Source of the DNA: an uncultured Lachnospiraceae bacterium | GTDB lineage: Bacteria; Bacillota; Clostridia; Lachnospirales; Lachnospiraceae | DNA: 64,000 bases | NCBI GenBank assembly: GCA_902493385.1 | Contig: CABUPO010000001.1 | Location: 197,720-261,719 of the forward strand | Reading direction: 5' to 3' | Shown here: positions 1 through 10,754 of the stretch, piece after piece | Numbering within the stretch: the stretch's first letter is position 1 | Layout of the letters: the number at the start of each line of letters is the position of its first letter | Position numbers and translations under genes: made by a program | The notes under the pieces: generated by a model | Databases searched by the model: none | Seen by the model: the letters and a program-made list of their open reading frames with translations, nothing else | Told to the model about the DNA's origin: nothing

Positions 1-1
1 C

Positions 2-1042
2 ATCTCCCTTACGATCTTCAGGAAGATAAGCAATACCATTCTTCATGGCGTGAATCGGCTTATTTATTTTTACGGCTTTTCCGTGCATCTTAACTTTTCC
101 GCCAATAACTCTGTCAGCGCCAAATATTGCCCTGACGCATTCGCTACGGCCCGAACCAAGAAGACCTGTAAATCCGTTAACTTCACCTTTACGAATATAA
201 AAATCAAATGGTTTAATGCCCGCGACACTGACAAGCCCTTCTGCCTCGAATATAGGTTCTACGCCCTTGTCATCATAGGTTTCTACTTCACTCTGAATAT
301 CAGCAGTATCATCCATATCTTTACCAAGCATCTTTGAAACAAGCTTAATTCTTGGAAGCGTCTCTATCTCATATTCTCCAACAAGCTGTCCGTCGCGCAG
401 TACAGTAATTTTATCACACACTTCATATACCTGATCCAAAAAGTGTGTAACGAAGATAATTCCAACACCTCGTTTTTTAAGGTCTCTCATGAGCCCAAAC
501 AATTTTTCAACTTCGTGTTCATCCAATGACGATGTCGGCTCGTCAAGAATCAACACTTTACAATCCATATCGACAGCTCTTGCAATTGCAACCATCTGCT
601 GAATAGCAATAGAATAATTGCCAAGCTGCTGTGTAGCGCTTGCCGGTATACCGAGCGCACTTAACATCTTATCCGCATCAGCATTCATCTTTTTCCAGTT
701 CTGATATATGTTCTTAGTTCTTCCTATATACATATTTTCAGCAACCGTAAGATTAGGACACAATGCGATTTCCTGATAAACTGTACTGATACCAATATTC
801 TGCGCATCCTGCGGAGAACGAATCGATACAGCTTTATCATGTCCTTTAACGTAAACCTCACCTGAATCCTTGCTATATACACCTGTCAGCACTTTAATCA
901 GAGTGGATTTTCCCGCACCATTTTCACCCATAAGCGCATGAATTTCTCCTTCACACAGTGTAAAATCCACATTCTGCAAAGCACGTACTCCGGGAAATGA
1001 TTTGCTGATGTTTCTCATTTCCAAAACAGAATTTTCTTTCAC
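2..1042 (-). CDS. Sugar ABC transporter ATP-binding protein (MglA/RbsA/YtfR type), runs off the left edge
   Basis: Not in the ORF track. Hand translation from GTG at 1042 (SD AAGGAG upstream) gives MKENSVLEMRNISKSFPGVRALQNVDFTLCEGEIHALMGENGAGKSTLIKVLTG, with Walker A, and later LILDEPTSSL (Walker B). Confidence 0.92.
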   Translation of the reverse strand, partial: MKENSVLEMRNISKSFPGVRALQNVDFTLCEGEIHALMGENGAGKSTLIKVLTGVYSKDSGEVYVKGHDKAVSIRSPQDAQNIGISTVYQEIALCPNLTVAENMYIGRTKNIYQNWKKMNADADKMLSALGIPASATQQLGNYSIAIQQMVAIARAVDMDCKVLILDEPTSSLDEHEVEKLFGLMRDLKKRGVGIIFVTHFLDQVYEVCDKITVLRDGQLVGEYEIETLPRIKLVSKMLGKDMDDTADIQSEVETYDDKGVEPIFEAEGLVSVAGIKPFDFYIRKGEVNGFTGLLGSGRSECVRAIFGADRVIGGKVKMHGKAVKINKPIHAMKNGIAYLPEDRKGD

Positions 1043-1074
1043 AGTGTACTCACTCCTTATTAAGTATTATTCAG

Positions 1075-1132
1075 AGAAAAAGCACGGAGCAAGCGTACAA
1101 ATATCTTTACGCTCTGCCGCCGCGCTTTTTTC
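1075..1132 (-). terminator. Imperfect stem-loop between the binding-protein gene and the ATPase gene (partial terminator or mRNA stabiliser)
   Basis: Inverted repeat gaaaaagc...agcgta / tacgct...gcttttt in the intergenic region. Confidence 0.45.
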
Positions 1133-1173
1133 AATCACTAAACTATTCTGATCAACAATCAGGCACAGCCGAA

Positions 1174-2235
1174 TTATTCAGCTTCCTCGCTTCCGATACC
1201 ATACTGCTCAATATCTGCCTCTGTAATAGTTTCAGCATCAAATCCCTTCTCATCGAGAATGATTGTCTTTTCATCGATAGTTCCGCCAGACTCAAGAGTC
1301 TTGATAACTTCATCTATGTATGAAGCCTGGAATGGATTACACTGTCCATCGTAATTCCAACGTCCTTCAAGAACTTCCTTAAGAGCCCACTTATTGCAGT
1401 CAAATCCCATTACAATAACGTCGCCGTCAACACCATGTGTAATTCCGGCAGCATCAAGAGCTTCAACGGCACCCTGAGCCATACCATCGTTCTCTGCATA
1501 AATTACATTGAATTCTTCACCAGAACTGATAACCTGCTGAACAATCTCCATAGCAGTCTCTGTACTCCAGTCAGCTGTCTGCTGCTCAACAATCTCTAAC
1601 TTTCCTTCTTCTGCTGCTGCATCAAGAGCTCCTGAACGTCCCTTCTGAGCTGCTGAACCCATATGTCCCTGAATATGAACAACCTTAAGTCCGCCTTCTT
1701 TTTCCTGTCCTAACAGCCATTCTACGGCTCTTTCACCTTCTGCATCCATATCAGATACAATTGAAGCTTCATAAAGGCTCTCATCTGCATCTACAACACG
1801 GTCAAAAAGGATAACCTTTACGCCAGCATCTTTAGCACTCTGAAGAACTCCGTCCCATCCTGCTGTATCAGCTGCTGAAAGAAGAAGATAATTAACACCT
1901 TCTGTAATGAACTGCTGAGCTGCTGTAATCTGCTCGTCATTCTTAAGGCTGTATGAGAACTTTGCCTCATATCCATTAGCCTCTGTAAACATTGCCTTAA
2001 GGTCTGCATCGTTAGCTGTACGGTATCCTGACTCACTTGGGTCATTGTTGATAACGCCAACCTTAATCAGTTCTCCTGATGATGCGTTATCATCTGCATC
2101 ATCGCCTGCATTATCATCTGCAGGAGCTTCTGTTGCTGAATTATCAGCTGCTGGTTCATCTTTGCTTCCGTTACATGCTGTAAGAGCAAGAACCATTGTT
2201 GCTGCCATAACGGCTGCTAAAATTTTCTTTTTCAT
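1174..2235 (-). CDS. Sugar ABC transporter substrate-binding lipoprotein (YtfQ-like, periplasmic binding protein type 1)
   Basis: Start MKKKILAA at 2235 with SD GGGAGG. Lipobox LALTAC, acidic linker, then motifs ESGYRTAN, VILFDR, YAENDGMAQGA and MGFD. Confidence 0.9.
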   Translation of the reverse strand: MKKKILAAVMAATMVLALTACNGSKDEPAADNSATEAPADDNAGDDADDNASSGELIKVGVINNDPSESGYRTANDADLKAMFTEANGYEAKFSYSLKNDEQITAAQQFITEGVNYLLLSAADTAGWDGVLQSAKDAGVKVILFDRVVDADESLYEASIVSDMDAEGERAVEWLLGQEKEGGLKVVHIQGHMGSAAQKGRSGALDAAAEEGKLEIVEQQTADWSTETAMEIVQQVISSGEEFNVIYAENDGMAQGAVEALDAAGITHGVDGDVIVMGFDCNKWALKEVLEGRWNYDGQCNPFQASYIDEVIKTLESGGTIDEKTIILDEKGFDAETITEADIEQYGIGSEEAE

Positions 2236-2339
2236 TATGTTCCTCCCATAAATATATAGTTTTTCAAAGATCACCGTCTCTGATATGCATATCTTATAAC
2301 CCTTTTCTCAATAAATCCATTAATTAAAATTAAATAAAA

Positions 2340-2402
2340 GTTAATTTTCTTATTTGAATCATTAAAATGTTGATTTTTTTAACAATTCGGTTGATTTTTT
2401 TA
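2340..2402. promoter_or_regulatory. Candidate operator for the AraC/YesN-type regulator, upstream of the sugar ABC operon
   Basis: Direct repeats GTTGATTTTTTTA at 2369-2381 and 2390-2402 (21 bp period), plus a degenerate GTTAATTTTCTTA at 2340-2352. Confidence 0.35.
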
Positions 2403-2465
2403 TTATTCCGTCTGTTTTCTCTTCACGCAAGGGTCAAATCATTTCAAAAACAGTTCAATATTTCC

Positions 2466-4055
2466 TTATTCAGGAGCTTTTTTTGTTCCCCTGCCGCTTC
2501 CACGATACTGAGTCGGCGTCATTCCTTGTGTTTTCTTAAACAAATATGAAAAATAATGTGGATCTCTGTAGCCTACCTCCATACTTATTTCACTGCTCCT
2601 TTTAGAAGTATACATAAGCAGCTCTTTTGCTTTATTCATCCTGAAATCTGTCAGATATTTTATGAATGTATGTCCGGTCTGCTGGCTGAATATCATACTG
2701 AGGTGGTTTGGCGAGAAATTCACGTGAGACGCCAGAAGATTAAGAGAAAGCTTCTCATCTGCATAATTTTTCTCAATATATCGCATAGCTTCATTAACAA
2801 TATCGCTGTATCTTCCGCCCGAAGCTTCTTCTCTGAGCTTTAGCGCATGGTTGATTATTTTTATAACATATTTGGTCACGCTGTCCCTGCTCCTCATAGT
2901 ATCGGCCACAGTATCAGGCGCCTCGATATCATTTCTGTCAAGCTTTATGCTTTCAAGAAAATCACCTACGCAAAAATATATGCCGACAAGTACATATTGC
3001 CTGAATATGTTAAGCTCAAGCGCATCCTCACCAAAGGAGTCGAGCAATTCATACACAAACTCTTCCGTATTCTCTTTACTTCCAAATCGAAGAAATTCCT
3101 GTATATAGGTCCTGTCAATTTCTTTTGCATTAATATCCCGTATACTTCTCTCTTCACGCTTAAGATATATGCTGTGTCTGGCGTCCTCACTGTTAAGAAT
3201 AAGGTTATCCCCTATAATACAACTGTGTGCAAGAGCCTGCTCCGCTTTTCTAAGCGACTCAGACAGCTCGCTTATACGCCCTGCAGGCGTCCCTGCTCCG
3301 CCATAGTATCTCACATTATTATTTTCCTTCATAAAAGCCCTGAATTTCGCAAAAAATTCATTCTGCATATTATTCAGCTCTTCTATCGAATCAGCACAAA
3401 ATACAATGGCCTTATTGTCAAAATATATATCAAATACTATGCAGCCCATCTCTGTTCCCATAACACTGACAGCTTCTACTACTGCCTCGCCCGCGTCTCC
3501 TGTATACTTAAATATTATAACAGAAACACTATACCACATTGAAGAAAGGGTAATTCCAAGCTCTGCCGCAGTCTCAATAATCTTTGCAACCGGTTTGGAT
3601 TCCGTAAATATACTTTTAAACAAAGCAAGCTTTTTACTATGTATATCTGTCTCGCGCCGCTTATTATATTCTTCACGCAGCCTGAGCTCTTTACGTTTAT
3701 TTTCAATCTCAACCGCTGCGGAATCAATTATGCCAAATAATTCTTCTTCAGATACAGGCTTTACGAGATAGCCGAAAAACCCCGAGTTAATCGCTTCCTT
3801 CGCACATTCAAACTTATTATTATCCGTCAGGATAATAACCTCAATTTCCGGCATATTTTTTTTAATAAGCTTCCCAAGCTCCAGACCGTCTACATATGGC
3901 ATATCCACATCCGTAATTACAATGTCAGGCTTAAGGCTGCTAATCATAGGAAACGAAACCTCACCGTCATCAGCCTCTCCACACATCTCATAACCGTGCG
4001 CTTTCCAGTCAACCGCAATTTTTTTGTCCTGTCCGGCCAAAAATACTTTAAGCAT
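2466..4055 (-). CDS. YesN-like response regulator: degenerate receiver domain plus C-terminal AraC HTH
   Basis: Receiver remnants PDIVITDVDMP..DGLEL and YLVKP. C-terminal AraC signature LSLNLLA..VNFSPNHLS..F...ISMEVGYRDPHYFSYLFKKTQGMTPTQYR. Confidence 0.9.
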   Translation of the reverse strand: MLKVFLAGQDKKIAVDWKAHGYEMCGEADDGEVSFPMISSLKPDIVITDVDMPYVDGLELGKLIKKNMPEIEVIILTDNNKFECAKEAINSGFFGYLVKPVSEEELFGIIDSAAVEIENKRKELRLREEYNKRRETDIHSKKLALFKSIFTESKPVAKIIETAAELGITLSSMWYSVSVIIFKYTGDAGEAVVEAVSVMGTEMGCIVFDIYFDNKAIVFCADSIEELNNMQNEFFAKFRAFMKENNNVRYYGGAGTPAGRISELSESLRKAEQALAHSCIIGDNLILNSEDARHSIYLKREERSIRDINAKEIDRTYIQEFLRFGSKENTEEFVYELLDSFGEDALELNIFRQYVLVGIYFCVGDFLESIKLDRNDIEAPDTVADTMRSRDSVTKYVIKIINHALKLREEASGGRYSDIVNEAMRYIEKNYADEKLSLNLLASHVNFSPNHLSMIFSQQTGHTFIKYLTDFRMNKAKELLMYTSKRSSEISMEVGYRDPHYFSYLFKKTQGMTPTQYRGSGRGTKKAPE

Positions 4056-4072
4056 TCTTATATCCTTTCACG

Positions 4073-4537
4073 CTATGACTTAAATATTGAAAATATATTT
4101 CTCTTAAATCCAGCATTAATCGTTTCATAATCTCCGCATTTGAGCGTGCTGTTCTTAAATGTACCTCTCCACTCTGTACAAACTGCGTCCGCGAGCTCCT
4201 TTGCATACTTTCTTTCTGTCTTCAATATACCCGGCAGCACATACGTAACCATGAACATATTAAGCTCCGCCAGCTTCCTTCCTACAGGCAGACGGTTTCC
4301 TTTTTTCAGAACTTCTGCGGATTCGTTTACAAACGCCCTTGCAGCCTCATTTATCGCGCCTGCCGCCACATCCTCAGCAGCCTCCTGCGACATTCCTTCT
4401 TCAGCCATATCGTTAAAACGTTCAAATATCTCTCTGTAATTCATGTAAAAATCCATATAAGCGTCACTGTAGGTTTTAGCCCTGAAAAGCTTATTGCATT
4501 TTGTCACTTCCTGATACATCATTTCTAAATTATCCAT
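4073..4537 (-). CDS. Hypothetical protein (154 aa, helical, soluble)
   Basis: Open frame with SD-like GGGG upstream, co-oriented with its neighbours; no recognisable motif. Confidence 0.7.
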   Translation of the reverse strand: MDNLEMMYQEVTKCNKLFRAKTYSDAYMDFYMNYREIFERFNDMAEEGMSQEAAEDVAAGAINEAARAFVNESAEVLKKGNRLPVGRKLAELNMFMVTYVLPGILKTERKYAKELADAVCTEWRGTFKNSTLKCGDYETINAGFKRNIFSIFKS

Positions 4538-4610
4538 AATAAAACCCCCATATGTCTACAGTATAATACTTATACATACGAGGGTCAAGAAAACAGAAAG
4601 CAATTCATTG

Positions 4611-5549
4611 CTAACTTATACATATCCACATTACCAGCGGTATGGATACAATTGCCGCAAGCGTCGTAAGAAATATGGCTTTCGCCGCCTCTTTTTCTTC
4701 GCAGCCGTACTCCGTTGCAAATAATACCGCCGTATTGCCTACAGGCATTGCAACCATTATCAGAGTAACCGCCGCAACAACGTCATTTTCTATAAACCTG
4801 TCAATAACAGGCCACGACAGAAGAGGCAGGACAATCTGCCTTATAACAGTATATACATATACTTTAACGCCGCCTAACATTTCTTTAATGTTCATCATTG
4901 CAAGACTTGCTCCGACAAGTATCATGGCAAGAGGCGACGTAAGACCTCCTACCGACGACAGAACGTCCATAATAACGCCCGGAACAGGAATTTCAAGAAG
5001 GAATATAACCACCGCCGCTATACTGCATAACACTCCCGGATTAAAAAGCTTCTTAACGCTTAATGCAGAAGCTTTATCCCCCTCGTCTTTTCTTCCGTAG
5101 TTAATCATCAACACTCCCAGCGTAAATACAGATATATTAAATATGCAGTTAAATACCGCTGCATAAAATACGCCTTCTGTTCCATATAACGCATCCGCCA
5201 CCGGAAATCCCATGAACCCCACGTTGGAAAATACAGTCATAAACATGTATATTCCACGCAGGGATTTTTTAATTCTTAACAGCACGTTTAATAATATAGC
5301 AATCACAGGAAGCGCCGCATACAAAATAACTGCTATGACAAAAAGCTCTCCTAACATATCCTTTTTGTCAGAACCCATATTTTCAACAAATGAATTGATA
5401 ATAAGCGCCGGCATAGTCACATACAGCAATACCTTAGTCAATTGAGCCTTTGTATGGTCATCTATCATTTTTATCTTATATAACACATAACCGATACACA
5501 TTATTAAAAACAGCTTAATCATCTGCAGAAGCACTACTGTAATACTCAT
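4611..5549 (-). CDS. AEC family (auxin efflux carrier / malate permease) transporter
   Basis: About 10 TM segments; motifs FSNVGFMGFPV, NPGVL, PLAMILVG and MVAMP. Confidence 0.88.
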   Translation of the reverse strand: MSITVVLLQMIKLFLIMCIGYVLYKIKMIDDHTKAQLTKVLLYVTMPALIINSFVENMGSDKKDMLGELFVIAVILYAALPVIAILLNVLLRIKKSLRGIYMFMTVFSNVGFMGFPVADALYGTEGVFYAAVFNCIFNISVFTLGVLMINYGRKDEGDKASALSVKKLFNPGVLCSIAAVVIFLLEIPVPGVIMDVLSSVGGLTSPLAMILVGASLAMMNIKEMLGGVKVYVYTVIRQIVLPLLSWPVIDRFIENDVVAAVTLIMVAMPVGNTAVLFATEYGCEEKEAAKAIFLTTLAAIVSIPLVMWICIS

Positions 5550-5575
5550 AATAACTATTCTCCACGTCTTAATAT

Positions 5576-8152
5576 CTATTGTCTGATTATAAACCCATCA
5601 TCGTCCTTGTCAAGACATACGCTGCTTCCCTGATGAAGATTTCCTCCAAGTATCTCTCTTGCAAGAAGAGTTTCAATGTTCTTCTGCATATACCTCTTAA
5701 GAGGACGCGCACCGTATACAGGGTCGTACGCAGCCGAAGCAATATATTCCTTTGCTTCGTCAGATACGGACAAAGTAATCTCCTTATCAGACAGCCTCTT
5801 ATTAATATCTGCAATTACAAGGTCGATAATACGTGAAATATTATCCTTTGTAAGCGGCTTAAACATTATTATCTCATCAAGCCTGTTGATAAATTCAGGT
5901 CTGAATGAAGCTTTCAGCTTTTCGGTTACGGCGTTTTCGCATTCACTGCTTATATTGCCTTCGCCATCAATTCCGTTAAGAAGATATTCCGAGCCGAGAT
6001 TAGACGTCATTATAAGAATAGTATTCTTAAAATCTACCGTCCTGCCCTGCGAATCGGTTATACGTCCATCGTCCAGAATCTGAAGCATTATATTGAATAC
6101 GTCAGGGTGCGCCTTTTCTATCTCATCAAATAAAACAACAGAATAAGGCTTCCTTCTGACTGCTTCAGTAAGCTGTCCTCCTTCGTCATAGCCTACATAT
6201 CCCGGAGGCGCTCCAATAAGCCTCGACACAGAGAATTTCTCCATATATTCGCTCATATCTATTCTTATCATATTCTGTTCATTATCAAACAGGCATTCAG
6301 CAAGACTTTTTGACAGCTCAGTTTTGCCGACTCCTGTAGGCCCAAGAAACAGGAATGAGCCAATCGGCTTTTTAGGGTCCTTTATTCCTGCTTTTGATCT
6401 TAAAATAGCCTCTGATACCCTACAGACAGCGTCATCCTGTCCAATAACTCTTTTATGAAGCTCTTTATCAAGGTTAAGCGTTTTAGTACGTTCGCTTTCC
6501 GTCAGCTTTGTTACAGGTATACCGGTCCATCTCGAAACAATTGAAGCAATCTCCTCTTCGGTGACACATTCCTTAACAAGCTCAGAACGTTCTCCGCCTC
6601 CCTCTTCAGCCTCGGCAAGCTGCTTTTTCAGAGACGGGATAATTCCATATTGAAGCTCCGCCGCTTTATTATAATCAGAGGTTCTCTCTGCAACTTCAAG
6701 CTCCTTTCTTCTCTGTTCAAGCTCTTCTTTAATCTTATTAACCTTTCCAACCTCGCCCTTTGCAACGTCCCACTCAGCCTTCATTCCCGCAAATTCTTCC
6801 CTTGCTGCCGAAAGCTCTTCTCTTATGGCATTAAGACGTTCATGGCTTAAATTATCCTCTTCTTTCTTAAGAGCAGTCTCTTCTATCTCAAGCTGCGTTA
6901 TACGCCTTGACAAATCGTCCAGTTCTACCGGCATGGAATCAAGCTGGGTCTTAATAAGCGCGCACGCTTCATCCACAAGGTCAATAGCCTTATCAGGAAG
7001 AAATCTGTCCGATATATATCTGTCTGACAATACAGCCGCAGACACAAGCGACGAGTCAGTTATTTTTACTCCATGAAATACTTCATATCTTTCTTTAAGT
7101 CCCCTTAATATAGATATTGTATCCGATACTGAAGGCTCATCTACCATAACCGGCTGAAAACGTCTTTCAAGAGCGGCGTCCTTTTCAATATACTGTCTGT
7201 ATTCATTTAATGTAGTAGCTCCGATACAATGAAGCTCGCCTCTTGCAAGCATCGGCTTAAGCATATTGCCGGCGTCCATCGCCCCGTCTGTCTTGCCTGC
7301 TCCTACTATGGTATGAAGCTCATCTATAAACAGTATAATCTCGCCATTACTGTTCTTAACCTCGGTAAGCACTGCCTTAAGCCTCTCCTCAAACTCTCCG
7401 CGATACTTGGCTCCGGCAACCAAAGAACCCATATCAAGCGCAAATAGCTTTTTATCTTTAAGTCCCTCCGGCACATCTCCTCTTACAATACGCTGCGCCA
7501 GTCCTTCTACCGCTGCTGTTTTACCAACTCCGGGCTCGCCGATAAGAACCGGATTATTCTTGGTCTTACGCAAAAGAATCCTGATAACATTCCTTATCTC
7601 GTCGTCACGCCCTATAACAGGGTCCAGCTTTTGGCTTTTCGCCCTCTCAACAAGGTCATATCCGTATTTATTAAGCACATCATATGTGTCCTCAGGGCTG
7701 TCAGTATCAACGCTTCTGCTTCCTCTTACATCTGCAAGAACGTTAAGGAATCCTTCTCTCGTAATATTAAATTCCGAAAGCAGGTCTTTAACTTCTTTAT
7801 CGGCATACTTTAACATACTGAGAAAAAGATGTTCTACTGAAACATACGAATCTCCCATTCGCTTAGCCTCGTCTTCTGCATGTGTAAGTATGTTATTAAG
7901 GTCTTTTCCGACATATGGTTCCGCACCGGAAACTTTAGGGCGCTTTCTAAGTATGCCTTCAACCTGTGCAAGAAGCACCTCAGGCTTAATCTCCATCTTT
8001 TTAAGGAGACTTACTATAAGGCATTCATCCACTGTCAGAAGAGCATGCAGCAGATGTGCGGGAATAAGCTCCTGGTTACTGAATTCATTAGCTGTGTCCA
8101 CACATTTATTAACAGCCTCCATTGACTTTTTAGTAAACTGATTAATATTCAT
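5576..8152 (-). CDS. clpB: ATP-dependent chaperone ClpB
   Basis: Two AAA+ modules ([16 protein letters not shown]), LDPVIGRD, a coiled-coil middle domain, RIDMSEYME and GARPL; 858 aa. Confidence 0.97.
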   Translation of the reverse strand: MNINQFTKKSMEAVNKCVDTANEFSNQELIPAHLLHALLTVDECLIVSLLKKMEIKPEVLLAQVEGILRKRPKVSGAEPYVGKDLNNILTHAEDEAKRMGDSYVSVEHLFLSMLKYADKEVKDLLSEFNITREGFLNVLADVRGSRSVDTDSPEDTYDVLNKYGYDLVERAKSQKLDPVIGRDDEIRNVIRILLRKTKNNPVLIGEPGVGKTAAVEGLAQRIVRGDVPEGLKDKKLFALDMGSLVAGAKYRGEFEERLKAVLTEVKNSNGEIILFIDELHTIVGAGKTDGAMDAGNMLKPMLARGELHCIGATTLNEYRQYIEKDAALERRFQPVMVDEPSVSDTISILRGLKERYEVFHGVKITDSSLVSAAVLSDRYISDRFLPDKAIDLVDEACALIKTQLDSMPVELDDLSRRITQLEIEETALKKEEDNLSHERLNAIREELSAAREEFAGMKAEWDVAKGEVGKVNKIKEELEQRRKELEVAERTSDYNKAAELQYGIIPSLKKQLAEAEEGGGERSELVKECVTEEEIASIVSRWTGIPVTKLTESERTKTLNLDKELHKRVIGQDDAVCRVSEAILRSKAGIKDPKKPIGSFLFLGPTGVGKTELSKSLAECLFDNEQNMIRIDMSEYMEKFSVSRLIGAPPGYVGYDEGGQLTEAVRRKPYSVVLFDEIEKAHPDVFNIMLQILDDGRITDSQGRTVDFKNTILIMTSNLGSEYLLNGIDGEGNISSECENAVTEKLKASFRPEFINRLDEIIMFKPLTKDNISRIIDLVIADINKRLSDKEITLSVSDEAKEYIASAAYDPVYGARPLKRYMQKNIETLLAREILGGNLHQGSSVCLDKDDDGFIIRQ

Positions 8153-8220
8153 ACAAATCTCCTCCTTTCAGATTATACATGTTTTATATGTTATATCTCA
8201 ACTATAACACCATGTGTTAA

Positions 8221-8255
8221 AAAATGCAACCACTAATTTATAATGGCTGCATTTT
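8221..8255 (-). terminator. Putative terminator after leuS
   Basis: Hairpin aaaatgcaacca...tggctgcatttt between the leuS stop and clpB. Confidence 0.5.
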
Positions 8256-8318
8256 CCTTTATTATTCATTTTTTCACGATTCGCGACTTCAACGCCTGCT
8301 CACACTTTCCGACGCTCG

Positions 8319-10730
8319 TCACTTCATGACAATATTAACAATTCTTCCAGGAACATATATCTCTTTTATTATATTGCCTGTAAGCTTTGAGGCAATTTTT
8401 TCTCTGGCGGCTTCTATTACTGCATCTTTACTGTCGTTTACCCCAATCTCGATAGTTCCTTTTGTTTTACCATTAATCTGCACCGCAATCTGTACGGTGT
8501 TCTCAACGAGCATATCCTCGTCATACTCAGGCCATGTCTCGTCAAATATACTTCCGTTATGTCCATAAAGCTCCCATATTTCAGATGCAATATGAGGCAC
8601 GAACGGCGCAAGCAGAACTGTCATTGTTTCGATAATATCTCTGTCAATTCCTCCGCATTTGGACGCTATGTCATACATCTTATTATTATATTCCATAAAG
8701 CCGCTGACAACCGTATTAAGACTGAATGCCTCAAGCCTCGTAGTAATATCTTTTATCAGCCTGTGACGAAGCTTTACAGTCTCGTCCGTAGGGGCGATAC
8801 CTTTATCCTTATTATCCACCGCAAGCTTCCAAAAACGGTTAATGAACCTGTATACTCCGTCAATTCCTCTGTCGTCCCATTCAGAATCAAGCTCAGGCGG
8901 TCCTACAAAGAGTTCGTACAAACGAAGCGAATCACAGCCGTAGTCATTAACAAGCTCGTCAGGCGATACAACATTACCCTTAGACTTACTCATTTTCGCC
9001 CCGTTCTTACCAATCATACCTTGATTGAAAAGCTTTGCAAAAGGTTCTTTAAAATCTACAACGCCGATATCATACAGGAATTTTGTATAAAATCTTGAAT
9101 ACAGAAGATGAAGAACCGCATGCTCCACACCTCCAATATACATATCTACAGGGAGATATTTTGAAGCTTTTTCTTTTGAAACAAGTTCATTTTTATTCTT
9201 ATTGTCAATGTAACGCAGAAAATACCATGAAGAACCCGCCCATTGAGGCATAGTATTAGTCTCGCGTTTTGCAGGAGCTTTACAGCAAGGGCATGTTGTA
9301 TTAACCCATTCCGTGATATCAGCAAGAGGCGACTCTCCGGTTCCCGTAGGCTGATAGCTTTCAACTTCAGGAAGAAGAAGCGGAAGCTCCTCTTCAGGAA
9401 CAGGAACTGCTCCACACTTAGGGCAATGCACTATCGGAATCGGTTCTCCCCAGTAACGCTGTCTTGAAAATACCCAGTCACGAAGCTTATAATTAACCGT
9501 CTTCCTTCCAAATCCCATCTTTTCAATCATTTCAGGCGCCTTCTCCTTAAGCTCTGAAGACTCCATTCCATTCCATTCGCCTGAATTAATCATTATTCCA
9601 GAAGCTTCTGTATAAGCTTCTGTCATATTTTCTATCGCCTTACCGTCTTTAGCTATAACCTGTATAACAGGTATTCCAAACTTAGACGCGAACTCAAAGT
9701 CTCTGTCGTCGTGTGCTGGCACGCACATTATCGCGCCTGTACCATAATCTGCAAGCACGTAATCAGAAAGCCATATCGGTATCCTTTCATTATTAAGAGG
9801 ATTAATTGCATAGCTTCCGGTAAATACGCCTGTCTTTTCCTTATCCTGCATTCTGTCTACAGATGATTTCATTGAAGCCTGATATATATATTGGTCAACA
9901 GCTTCCTTATTATCGTCTGTGGCAAGCGATGCGGCAAGCGCATGTTCAGGCGCAAGAACCATAAATGTAGCGCCATAAAGCGTATCCGGTCTTGTTGTAT
10001 ATACAGTAATTGACTCTTCTCTGCCTTCTACTTTGAAATCAACTTCAGCGCCATAGCTTCGTCCAATCCAGTCTGTCTGCATTTTCTTAACCTTTTCAGG
10101 CCAGTCAAGAAGCTCAAGGTCCTCTAACAATCTGTCTGCATATTTGGTTATCTTTAACATCCACTGCTTAAGATTCTTCTTTGTAACCTGAGAACCGCAT
10201 CTTTCACAGCAGCCGTTTACTACTTCTTCGTTAGCAAGTCCCGTCTTACATGAAGGACACCAGTTAATAGGCATCTCCTTTTCGTATGCAAGCCCGGCTT
10301 TAAACATCTTTACAAATATCCACTGAGTCCATTTATAGAAATCAGGGTCAGTAGTATTAACCTCCATATCCCAGTCATATATTGCGGATATCTCATTAAT
10401 CTGCCTCTTGATATTAGCAACATTCTCCGCCGTAGATTTTTTAGGGTGTACTCCCATTTTAATTGCATAATTTTCGGCAGGCAGACCGAACGCATCCCAT
10501 CCCATAGGATGAATTATATAATACCCTTTGAGCATCTTATATCTGCTCCATACATCGGATATAACATATCCTCTCCAATGGCCTACATGCAGACCGCTTC
10601 CCGACGGATACGGGAACATATCCAGACAGTAATACTTTGGCTTTTTGCCGTCGTTTACATTAACCGGATTCTTTTCCCATCTGCTGCGCCATTTCTGTTC
10701 AATTTCCTTATGGTTATAGGATACCGCCAT
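8319..10730 (-). CDS. leuS: Leucine--tRNA ligase
   Basis: MFPYPSGSGLHVGH (HIGH), GWDAFGLPAEN, DWVFSRQRYWGEPIP and KMSKS. Start ATG at 10730 after SD GGAGG. Confidence 0.98.
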   Translation of the reverse strand: MAVSYNHKEIEQKWRSRWEKNPVNVNDGKKPKYYCLDMFPYPSGSGLHVGHWRGYVISDVWSRYKMLKGYYIIHPMGWDAFGLPAENYAIKMGVHPKKSTAENVANIKRQINEISAIYDWDMEVNTTDPDFYKWTQWIFVKMFKAGLAYEKEMPINWCPSCKTGLANEEVVNGCCERCGSQVTKKNLKQWMLKITKYADRLLEDLELLDWPEKVKKMQTDWIGRSYGAEVDFKVEGREESITVYTTRPDTLYGATFMVLAPEHALAASLATDDNKEAVDQYIYQASMKSSVDRMQDKEKTGVFTGSYAINPLNNERIPIWLSDYVLADYGTGAIMCVPAHDDRDFEFASKFGIPVIQVIAKDGKAIENMTEAYTEASGIMINSGEWNGMESSELKEKAPEMIEKMGFGRKTVNYKLRDWVFSRQRYWGEPIPIVHCPKCGAVPVPEEELPLLLPEVESYQPTGTGESPLADITEWVNTTCPCCKAPAKRETNTMPQWAGSSWYFLRYIDNKNKNELVSKEKASKYLPVDMYIGGVEHAVLHLLYSRFYTKFLYDIGVVDFKEPFAKLFNQGMIGKNGAKMSKSKGNVVSPDELVNDYGCDSLRLYELFVGPPELDSEWDDRGIDGVYRFINRFWKLAVDNKDKGIAPTDETVKLRHRLIKDITTRLEAFSLNTVVSGFMEYNNKMYDIASKCGGIDRDIIETMTVLLAPFVPHIASEIWELYGHNGSIFDETWPEYDEDMLVENTVQIAVQINGKTKGTIEIGVNDSKDAVIEAAREKIASKLTGNIIKEIYVPGRIVNIVMK

Positions 10731-10754
10731 TTTTATTTCCTCCATAAATATATA

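Noticed and set aside
2847..3542. Long antisense ORFs in the track (for example 2847-3542, 7407-8141, 25756-26439, 36283-36789)
   Set aside because: They are shadows of well-supported genes on the opposite strand, with no SD or recognisable motifs.
7690..7735. Internal start giving a short ClpB isoform as in E. coli
   Set aside because: An AGAGGA is present, but the equivalent Val codon is GTT, which is not a start codon.
8153..8318. CIRCE or CtsR operator upstream of clpB
   Set aside because: Only a short TAACAC-N3-GTGTTA palindrome is present; there is no TTAGCACTC-N9-GAGTGCTAA or GTCAAA direct repeat.
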